DNA of 64,000 bases from an uncultured Chloroflexia bacterium (lineage in GTDB: Bacteria; Chloroflexota; Dehalococcoidia; Dehalococcoidales; RBG-16-60-22). Each line of letters begins with the position of its first letter. Positions within the stretch are counted from its first letter, which is position 1. Positions 1-7,369 of this stretch are shown piece after piece. Position numbers and translations under genes: made by a program. The notes under the pieces are model-generated. The model saw only the letters and a program-made list of their open reading frames with translations, was not told where the DNA came from and made no database searches. Where the stretch lies: NCBI GenBank assembly GCA_963739395.1, contig CAVUAE010000002.1:26384-90383 (forward strand), given 5' to 3'.

Positions 1-60
1 TTGGCCAAAGCGCTTGAGGTACATCCAAACGAAATAGACTACAATGATAGAGCTAAGTGA
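1..60 (+). CDS. 3' end of an upstream ORF entering from the window edge (partial, unidentified)
   Basis: Frame 1 is the only frame open from nt 1. It stops at TGA 58-60 and overlaps the ATG at 44 by 17 nt. The tail LAKALEVHPNEIDYNDRAK is too short to classify. Confidence 0.25.
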   Translation: MAKALEVHPNEIDYNDRAK

Positions 61-3000
61 CCTTTTAAGTAAGCTAAGCTACGATACCTCTTCGCATTAC
101 CACAGGGTAGATGCCCCGAGTACGCTTGAGACAGCTTATATATTTCGTGCTGCAAAAAACGCGGGAGTCAGCGGCGTTTATATGTTCGAAACAAGCCCAA
201 GTACTGAGCGTCAACTGTTAGGGGCGAGGCCGGCGGTTTACGTAGCTCAATGCGATACTGTTGAAGAAGCCAGGACGATCCACCGGAGCCTGTGGAATCT
301 CGGTTACGCACCATTTCTAATTATATTATTGCCGAATCAAGTCAGAATTTATACTGGTTTTGATTATTCCGAGGAATCGGAGAGAAAGGGCTTACTGGCG
401 GAAGAAAATGATATAAAAGGGCTTGCTGGCCTTTTGACTGATTTCAATGCTTATGCAATAGATGCCGGACTTATATGGCGCTCAATTCATTACACCGGCA
501 TAGACCAGAATCAGCGAGTGGACAAGCGTCTGCTCAATAATCTTGAGCAGCTGGGTGAAGCGTTAGAGCGTGGGGGACTTTCTGCGAATGTTGCTCACGC
601 GTTGACCGGGAAATATGTGTATTTGAACTATCTGAAAAGCCGAGGCGTCTTGACTGATGAATGGATGGAGCAACAAGGAGTAAACCCGAAAGATATCTTT
701 TCGACTGATGCAAACGTAGCGAGTCTGCGAAGGCTGGTGGAAGTCCTAGAAAAACGGTTCAATGGCAAAGTCTTCCCTCTGGATTTTGATGGCGAAAAAT
801 CCCTCTTGGATAAACACGTTTCCTGGGTTGCCTCGGTGTTCAGTGGGTCTCAGGTTGTAGCGACCGCCCCTCAATCCGTGCATCAGCTATGTTTCCCATT
901 CCGAGCTTATGATTTCCGTTACATCCCCGTTGAGACTCTTTCTGCGATTTACGAGCAATTTATCGGTGATAGAAAAGAGAAAGGGGCTATCTACACACCT
1001 GAAGTCTTGGCTGACTATATGTTATCTGAGATGGAATCAGTCAAGCCACTACAAAGAGGTATGAGAGTGCTTGACCCGGCATGTGGATTGGGAGTATTTC
1101 TGGTCCTGGCCTACTGCCGTCTTATAGAGAAGGAGATCCTTAGACTTGGATTGTTCGGAAAACTCCCGGCTGAAACACTGCATGATATTCTTACCCAGAG
1201 TATATACGGCGTCGAACGGGAGCGTGATGCATGTTATGTAGCTGAGTTCAGCCTAATCCTGACTCTGCTGCATTACGTTGAACCACATGATCTCGCTAGC
1301 ATGGAGTTCAAATTCCCAGTGTTGCACAACACTCAGATCTTCGAGTGCGATTTCTTTGACATGGGAAGTGAGAATACTATGGTCAGGTTCTGGCAGAAGG
1401 GTTTGAAATTTGATTGGATTACCGGCAACCCTCCTTGGATAGAACTGAAGCCGATAAAAGAAGATGAAACGGAAGAAGAAAAATTAGAATATAAGCATGC
1501 TAGAGCATGGATAGAGAACCCAGCCAATAAGCGGGAATATCCTATTGGTGGTAAGAGGACGGCTGAGGCCTTTAGCTGGCTTGTTACCAACCTACTCAAT
1601 CAGGATGGACTTGTGGGGCTGGTACTGCCAGCCACAAGCCTTTTCAACTTAGAATCTACCAGGTTCCGGCAGTCTTTCTTCACAAAACACGAAGTTATTA
1701 AGATGACCAATTTCGCAAATCTTAGAGATGTTCTTTTTGGGAAAGAGAAGAGCGGCGTCTTACCAGCTGCCACTATCGTTTATCGCCCATATGCTGGGGC
1801 ATATACAAAATCATATCTTCGACATTACGGACCGCTCTACATCAACCAAATATCAGCAGCAAGGAATAAGCCGTGGGTCATAACCGTAAACGAGAGCGAA
1901 ATCCAAACCATATCGCCTTCAGAAGCCGAACGAGGAGATATGCTGACCTGGAAACTGGCTTTGTGGGGGGCCGATCGTGATAAGCGAGCACTAGAGCGTA
2001 TTAAGTACTTGTTTCCGATGACGCTTAGCGATTTTTGTAGAACGAAGGGGTGGGGCAATAATCTGCCAATGCAAGGAGCAGAACTTCGACCTCAGCGCGA
2101 GGAAGGCACTAAGTGGCCCTTGGTTCGAATAAAAGGGCAAAAATTGTTCAACTCAAAAGCATTTAATAAAATCAGACCACATTTCCGTTTTTCTATTCCA
2201 TACAGCGAAGCCCCAATCCTTAAGGAGCTTACAGAAGACGCTTATGTAAGGAGTGGTAAAGACGCGCTTGATTTGACTACTCCTGCACCTCATGTTCTAT
2301 TGTCCCCAAGTTGGCAGAACTTTGCTATCTATAGCGACGATGATTTCATTGCTCTTCCCAGGCAAATGGCAATTGCGGCTCCCAAAATACACCGAGACAA
2401 CGAAGAATATCTACGCGCTCTTACTGTTTACCTTAGTTCAAGTCTGGTTGCTTACTATCTGTTCTTTCATGTGCCAGGGTGGGGTATTTTCAGGCAGCGT
2501 AAAGAAGTGATTACGACAGAGGTTCAAAAAATACCCACACCAGATTTGACTAAGAAGCAGGCAAAAGAACTCGCTACTTTTCACCGGGAGTTAGTTGAAA
2601 GAGAGAGGTCATACAAAACCAATCAGGGACTTAAGTATTCTGCTCGGGGAGAGGATGGTGAGCTACAAGCAGATTTGGACGAAAAGATATGCGAATTACT
2701 AGGATTGCCCGAAGACATAGCTCTCTTGGCTAGTGAGTTCGTAGGAACTCGTCTGCTTCTGGATAAACCATCGAAAAGAGAAGAAGTAACCAGAAGCCCC
2801 ACTGATAAAGAGTTACTGGCGTATGCTCGACAGCTTAAGAAAGAGCTTGATGATTTCACCATGCCCAAGGCCCATCACCGAGTCGTCATCACCCACTCGC
2901 AGAATCTAATTGAATGTTTAGTTGAAATCATGCAGGGAGAAGCTCCAATCCCAACCGGCGAGTGTGCTGTCAGGAAAGGTGACTTAACCACCGCCAAAAT

Positions 3001-3187
3001 AATGGACAGCCTCAGTCAGAGCTTGAGAGAGCAAGTCAGCCAGTGGGTTTACGTCCAACGTGGCCTTCGCCTTTATGATGGCCCGATTGTGCGAATTTAC
3101 AAAGCACCTCGTCTAATTGATTGGATAAGAACTCAAGCGATGGACGACGCGGGAGACATCATCGGAGAGGCGCTAAGTAGCACATGA
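44..3187 (+). CDS. Large gamma-class N6-adenine DNA methyltransferase (type IIG/PglX-like architecture) with uncharacterised N- and C-terminal regions
   Basis: 1047-aa ORF. It has GAIYTPE (aa 314-320), the AdoMet motif I VLDPACGLGVF (aa 342-352) and catalytic motif IV NPPW (aa 462-465, nt 1427-1438). Motif I precedes motif IV, which is the gamma order. About 300 aa N-terminal and about 430 aa C-terminal carry no motif I recognise. Confidence 0.85.
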   Translation: MIELSDLLSKLSYDTSSHYHRVDAPSTLETAYIFRAAKNAGVSGVYMFETSPSTERQLLGARPAVYVAQCDTVEEARTIHRSLWNLGYAPFLIILLPNQVRIYTGFDYSEESERKGLLAEENDIKGLAGLLTDFNAYAIDAGLIWRSIHYTGIDQNQRVDKRLLNNLEQLGEALERGGLSANVAHALTGKYVYLNYLKSRGVLTDEWMEQQGVNPKDIFSTDANVASLRRLVEVLEKRFNGKVFPLDFDGEKSLLDKHVSWVASVFSGSQVVATAPQSVHQLCFPFRAYDFRYIPVETLSAIYEQFIGDRKEKGAIYTPEVLADYMLSEMESVKPLQRGMRVLDPACGLGVFLVLAYCRLIEKEILRLGLFGKLPAETLHDILTQSIYGVERERDACYVAEFSLILTLLHYVEPHDLASMEFKFPVLHNTQIFECDFFDMGSENTMVRFWQKGLKFDWITGNPPWIELKPIKEDETEEEKLEYKHARAWIENPANKREYPIGGKRTAEAFSWLVTNLLNQDGLVGLVLPATSLFNLESTRFRQSFFTKHEVIKMTNFANLRDVLFGKEKSGVLPAATIVYRPYAGAYTKSYLRHYGPLYINQISAARNKPWVITVNESEIQTISPSEAERGDMLTWKLALWGADRDKRALERIKYLFPMTLSDFCRTKGWGNNLPMQGAELRPQREEGTKWPLVRIKGQKLFNSKAFNKIRPHFRFSIPYSEAPILKELTEDAYVRSGKDALDLTTPAPHVLLSPSWQNFAIYSDDDFIALPRQMAIAAPKIHRDNEEYLRALTVYLSSSLVAYYLFFHVPGWGIFRQRKEVITTEVQKIPTPDLTKKQAKELATFHRELVERERSYKTNQGLKYSARGEDGELQADLDEKICELLGLPEDIALLASEFVGTRLLLDKPSKREEVTRSPTDKELLAYARQLKKELDDFTMPKAHHRVVITHSQNLIECLVEIMQGEAPIPTGECAVRKGDLTTAKIMDSLSQSLREQVSQWVYVQRGLRLYDGPIVRIYKAPRLIDWIRTQAMDDAGDIIGEALSST

Positions 3188-3846
3188 GCCTTAATCACCC
3201 AGTTGCAAACCGTCCAAGTGACAGATATTTCGGTGTCTACCGCAGCCAATTTAGACTGCATGCCCATCAGTTGATTGCCTGGGGACATAGTGACGCCCGC
3301 TATAAGATACAATCAAATGATGAAGACGAACCAAGCATCACTGGGTACATCACTGAAGCCATCAGGTCACGCCTCCGAACGAATAGCCCTCCATGGTGCG
3401 TGTATTATTGTGTTCGCGAGGATACTCCGATTGAGACGAATAGACGGTCAGGCAGGAACAGACTACGACCCGATATTATTATTGAGACGATTCTTGGGAG
3501 TCGTCCCGAGTATACCTTTGAAGCGAAGCGACTACGAAAAAAGGGGTATGGTGCGGATAAGTATATTAATTCAAAGGGGGTAGGACGCTTTGTAAGTGGG
3601 CAGTACGCGTTGAGATACGATGAAGCTGCCATGCTCGGCTATGTCCAGAGTGATTCGCTAGTTAATTGGCAGGAAATAATCAAGAACATGATTGCTCAAA
3701 ATGCAAAACAACTTTGCTTGAAAAGCTCTCAGAAGGACGACAAGGTCATTGACGATCTTCCCTTGGAATGGGTCAGTCAGCATGAGCGACCTAGGGTGGG
3801 TCGTCCCATTTGCATCTACCATATCCTCCTAGACTGTGTTGCATGA
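3184..3846 (+). CDS. Small PD-(D/E)xK-type nuclease candidate, translationally coupled to the methyltransferase
   Basis: 220-aa ORF whose ATG overlaps the upstream TGA (ATGA at 3184-3187). RPD97IIIE...E113AK115RL fits the PD...(D/E)xK pattern. No other domain recognised. Confidence 0.6.
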   Translation: MSLNHPVANRPSDRYFGVYRSQFRLHAHQLIAWGHSDARYKIQSNDEDEPSITGYITEAIRSRLRTNSPPWCVYYCVREDTPIETNRRSGRNRLRPDIIIETILGSRPEYTFEAKRLRKKGYGADKYINSKGVGRFVSGQYALRYDEAAMLGYVQSDSLVNWQEIIKNMIAQNAKQLCLKSSQKDDKVIDDLPLEWVSQHERPRVGRPICIYHILLDCVA

Positions 3847-4093
3847 TTGCTTACAGGCTGCCTGACATTGACTGTCGCAGCATCTTCGTCTTAGAGCTAC
3901 CCATGACAGATTCAGAGGTCACATTTAGCCAAATTGTACAGTACTGCCATAGTTTGATGTGTGACCTCCTTGCTAATGTTGTCTTGGTATACAGGTTCTC
4001 AGCGCCGCTCAGCAAAGTTAGGTGCTCTTCTGAGCCTAAACGTATGCAAAAAATTGGTTAGAGCCATAAATCCTCTGCTATACTAAATAGGAT

Positions 4094-5611
4094 ATGATAG
4101 ACAACTGGCACACTTTAAGCCCGGATACAGCCTTGGGAGAACTTAATTCCGAGCACTCCGGCCTAACTGAAGATGAAGCAAAGGAGCGGTTACTCCGCTA
4201 TGGCCACAATGAGTTAAAGGGTAAGAAAAAAACTCCCGTGGTACTGGTATTCCTAAAGCAGTTCCTCAGTCCGTTAATCTACGTTCTTATCGCCGCGGCG
4301 GTAGTTTCCTTAGTTGTCCAGCATTATATCGACGCCGCCGTGATACTGGGCGTGCTGCTGCTTAACGCCATCATTGGCTTTATACAGGAAGTGCGAGCTG
4401 AAAAGGCTATGGAGGCTTTGATTCAGATGGCAGCGCCTAAGGCAAAGGTCAGACGTGGCGGCATGGTGAAGCAAATTCTAGCCAAAGCCATAGTCCCCGG
4501 CGACATCATCCTTCTGGAGACCGGCGACAGGGTACCCGCTGACGCCCGATTGTTAGAGGTATCCAACCTGAAGATGAATGAGTCTACGCTTACCGGAGAA
4601 TCAATGCCGGTAGAGAAACATACCGAGGTGCTCGGGCATTCAGTACTCGTAGCCGATAGAAAGAACCTGGTTTACATGGGGACAAGCGTTAGCTACGGTC
4701 GGGCTACGGCAGTGGCAATGAGAACTGGCATGTCAACCGAACTGGGCAAAATCGCCACCGCGATTCAGGAGGTAAAACCGGAAGCGACACCCCTCCAGAA
4801 AAGCACAAGTAAGTTGAGTCGGTATCTCATTATTATTTTCCTGGTTGTCATCGGTATCCTAGTAGTTATCGGATTAGCTAAAGGGCTTGACCGTCTGGAG
4901 GTCTTCCTGCTGGCGGTGGCAGCTGCAGTTTCGGCTATACCAGAGGGGTTGCCGGCTGTCGTCACCGTCGTCCTGTCGCTGGGAATGCGGACCATGGCGC
5001 GGCACAACGCCATAATCCGCCGGCTGGTAGCTGTGGAGACGCTCGGGTCGGCCACGGTCATCTGCTCGGATAAAACCGGTACTTTAACCATGAATGAGAT
5101 GACGGTGCGGCGTATGTTTATTGACGGGCGGTGGATTGAGGTAACCGGTGAAGGCTACGAGCCTAGTGGGGAATTCCGCCAGGACGGGCAAAGATTCGAG
5201 CCGGAGAAGGATGAGGTACTGAGGTTGCACCTGAAAATAGGAGTCCTATGCAATGATGCCCTTTTGACCCTTGAAGGCGGGCGGTACAGCATTTACGGAG
5301 ACCCTACTGAAGGCGCTCTGGTAGTAGCTGCCGCCAAAGCAGGGATGGAAAAAGAGAAATTAGAGAAGAGTTCCCCTCGCCTTGATGAAATTCCATTTCA
5401 GAGCGAAAAGCAATACATGGCAACCCTTTACTATAAAGATGGTGAGGGTAGAGTAGTCTATGTGAAGGGCGCAACCGAGAGGCTATTATCATTCAGCAAA
5501 TATATGCTCACAGGGAACGGCATTGTTCCGCTAGGACAAGCTGAGGCCGAGCGTATCACGCAAGCCACTGTCTCTATGGCAAAAGACGCCATGCTTTGGT
5601 CGGAGGGGTAA
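4094..5611 (+). pseudogene. Cation-transporting P-type ATPase (P2/Ca2+-Mg2+ type), 3'-truncated
   Basis: Has N-terminal cation-ATPase features, TGES, PEGLP and the phosphorylation motif CSDKTGTLT. It stops after about 505 aa inside the N domain. The hinge motif GDGxND and the C-terminal TM helices are missing. The last residues (LWSEG) diverge immediately before the integrase gene. Confidence 0.85.
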
Positions 5612-5619
5612 GGTCATGG

Positions 5620-6303
5620 TTAGCCTTTCTCCCACAGCCGGTCGTACCAGTCGTGGAGCTCCCGGCCGGATACTTTCCTGTATTTGGCCGTGGTATTGAA
5701 ACTCTGGTGCCCAAGGTGCTCCTGCAGCATTCTTAAACCATCCCCCGAATCATCCACTTTTACAGCATTAACCGCGAAGGCATCCCTTAATTTGTGAGGG
5801 CTTACGTTATGAAGTTTTCCGGTTTCAGAATTAACCAGCTTGGGCAGCTTGGCCTTGGCCGCACACTCGGTGATTATCTGCCACGCGCGGTGACGGTTAA
5901 TGCCGAAGAGCAGTCGTTTACCGTCCTTAGTTACAGGACCACCGCGCTCAATATATTCCTTAAGTATTTTTAAAGAGTCTTTGTCGATAGGTAGCACACG
6001 CTGCCGACGGTGTTCTTTCTCCTGGGCAACAACATTTTCCACTTTCGACCCGCAGCCGGGGCAATAGATGCTGCTCTTACTTAACCGGGCGCTGCAAGCG
6101 GGGCAGGCAAGCTTCGTACGCAGCTTGAGGTGCTGAATGATGACGGTTCCTCTGGTCAGGTCAATGTCTTCTACTGTAATTCCCAGAGCCTCGGAAACAC
6201 GGCATCCTAGATGAGACAGCAGTCTGATGAGCAGACGGTCCCGTAGAGTAGTGGCAGCTTGTTCTAGTGTGAGGATTTCTTCCGGTTCAAGATAGGCTTT
6301 CAT
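5620..6303 (-). CDS. Tyrosine recombinase/integrase, catalytic-domain-only, with inserted Cys4 zinc ribbon
   Basis: 227 aa. Has GCRVSEAL (Arg I), HKLRDAF (H-x-x-R) and LGHQSFNTTAKY (His/Tyr nucleophile). CPACSARLSKSSIYCPGCGS is inserted between the beta strands. There is no N-terminal core-binding domain. Confidence 0.85.
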   Translation of the reverse strand: MKAYLEPEEILTLEQAATTLRDRLLIRLLSHLGCRVSEALGITVEDIDLTRGTVIIQHLKLRTKLACPACSARLSKSSIYCPGCGSKVENVVAQEKEHRRQRVLPIDKDSLKILKEYIERGGPVTKDGKRLLFGINRHRAWQIITECAAKAKLPKLVNSETGKLHNVSPHKLRDAFAVNAVKVDDSGDGLRMLQEHLGHQSFNTTAKYRKVSGRELHDWYDRLWEKG

Positions 6304-6418
6304 AATATATCCTCTGCACGCAAATTAATACATTACGTGTTCACGGATATTGATAAACGTAAATCAAATCTGTCATGGTGTCAATTGCAATAAACATGAC
6401 TATTTTGGGCCGAAAAGT

Positions 6419-6447
6419 TTGCATTTGGTCGTTTTGATTGCTATAAT
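6419..6447 (+). promoter_or_regulatory. Sigma70-like promoter for the XRE regulator gene
   Basis: TTGCAT (6419-6424), 17-nt spacer, TATAAT (6442-6447), about 57 nt upstream of the ATG at 6505. Confidence 0.4.
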
Positions 6448-6504
6448 GTCAACCAAGGAAGACATTTTTAAAAACTTCTTAGAAAAAATTTTCGGAAAAA
6501 GCGG

Positions 6505-6897
6505 ATGAAACAGGCTAATGCTGTCACCGGTTCGAAAAATACTTTCGCGAAGTGGTTAGAACAGAGATGTTTGGATGAAGGCTTGTCACTCAGAAAGACA
6601 GCTGCTAAGGCGGGTTTGAGTCATGCTACTGTCGCTGATATTATCAATGGTGGCCGGCCATCGGCAGATACTATTAGGAAGTTGGCCGCGGCCTTTAGTG
6701 GTAATGGTCGGAACCAGAAGGTAGCATTGGAGGATTATCTATTAAATCTTTGTGGATATCGTAGCGCTCGAATGGAAGGAGAACTCAGCGAACCTTTAGC
6801 GCGGCTCTTGGATAAGCTCAACCAACTTAATGACGAGCAACTCCGAATAGTAGAACAATTCATCGATTTCGCTGCAAAGTGTGTCGAAAAAAATTAA
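6505..6897 (+). CDS. XRE/Cro-CI family helix-turn-helix transcriptional regulator
   Basis: 130 aa. LSLRKTAAKAGLSHATVADIINGGRPSADTIRKLAAAF is a typical HTH_3 pattern. The gene is divergent from the integrase. Confidence 0.8.
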   Translation: MKQANAVTGSKNTFAKWLEQRCLDEGLSLRKTAAKAGLSHATVADIINGGRPSADTIRKLAAAFSGNGRNQKVALEDYLLNLCGYRSARMEGELSEPLARLLDKLNQLNDEQLRIVEQFIDFAAKCVEKN

Positions 6898-6903
6898 ATC
6901 AGG

Positions 6904-6981
6904 CGGGGCAGGTCCCTAGTTGATAAGGCTGTCGGGCAATCCTCCTTTTTGTGAACTTGGGCTGTTTACCTGCCCCGTTTT
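6904..6981 (+). terminator. Long-range 10-bp GC stem followed by a T-run (atypical terminator or structured site)
   Basis: CGGGGCAGGT (6904-6913) pairs with ACCTGCCCCG (6968-6977), followed by TTTT. The 54-nt loop is unusually long for an intrinsic terminator. Confidence 0.3.
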
Positions 6982-7200
6982 ATTGTAAGTGTAAGTTAAC
7001 ATGGTGTCAATATGGACTTACATATTCGACTTACAAAAAAATAGGCTGTTACATGGTACGAGTGGCCAAGGTGAACGGCAATGTCGCCAAGACCGTCTGC
7101 CAGTGCTAGGGGAGCAAACAAATTTTATCAGGCGAAAGGGGGTGATAAGCAACTCATAAGAGCGGATTATTCAAAAGCTGATGACACATATCCCTGTTTA

Positions 7201-7241
7201 TTGTCAAAATGTTTCACCACGTTGTCAAAATGTTCATCCAC
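7201..7241 (+). repeat. Tandem direct repeat, two ~20-bp units at 21-bp periodicity
   Basis: TTGTCAAAATGTTTCACCAC (7201-7220) and TTGTCAAAATGTTCATCCAC (7222-7241) match at 17 of 20 positions, with 13 identical leading nt. Confidence 0.7.
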
Positions 7242-7287
7242 ATAAACAAAGCTAAAAAAGGAGGTTGGCCAATCCGCCGACCATTTT

Positions 7288-7366
7288 GAGGTTCCTCTAG
7301 TTCAAATGTTAGAGACGCTGTCTCTTAATCATCAGGTTGGAGGTTCGAGTCCTCCACGGCTCACCA
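7288..7366 (+). tRNA. tRNA-Lys(CUU)-like remnant/pseudogene: intact 3' half, non-pairing 5' acceptor strand
   Basis: T arm GGAGG-TTCGAGT-CCTCC (7339-7355), 3' acceptor ACGGCTC, discriminator A and CCA (7364-7366). The anticodon loop CTCTTAA gives anticodon CTT. The D-arm-like stem is CTCT/AGAG. No upstream heptamer pairs with the 3' acceptor strand, and the anticodon stem has 2 mismatches. Confidence 0.5.
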
Positions 7367-7369
7367 TTA

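Larger units (their letters stand above)
5612..7366. mobile_element. Integrase module / remnant end of an integrative island (recombinase, XRE regulator, repeats, tRNA-Lys 3' remnant)
   Basis: A tyrosine recombinase gene abuts the ATPase truncation point. A divergent XRE HTH gene, direct and inverted repeats and a tRNA 3' fragment follow, ending at 7366. Confidence 0.45.

Noticed and set aside
3275-3583. 102-aa ORF in an alternative frame inside the PD-(D/E)xK gene
   Set aside because: It is fully nested in the longer, translationally coupled ORF. It has no RBS and an Arg-rich shadow composition.
4094-5611. Calling the P-type ATPase an intact gene
   Set aside because: It ends after about 505 aa inside the nucleotide-binding domain. 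The GDGxND hinge motif and the C-terminal TM helices are absent, and no continuation exists in any frame downstream.
7288-7366. Possibility that this is an intact functional tRNA-Lys, or the 3' end of a tmRNA (ssrA), a known island target in some Chloroflexi
   Set aside because: No heptamer upstream pairs with the 3' acceptor strand ACGGCTC; the best candidate, GAGGTTC, gives only 3 Watson-Crick pairs. The anticodon stem has two mismatches. A tmRNA/Ala-type acceptor would need a G3:U70 pair, and the ...GGCTC-A-CCA end does not allow that. It is kept only as a remnant.
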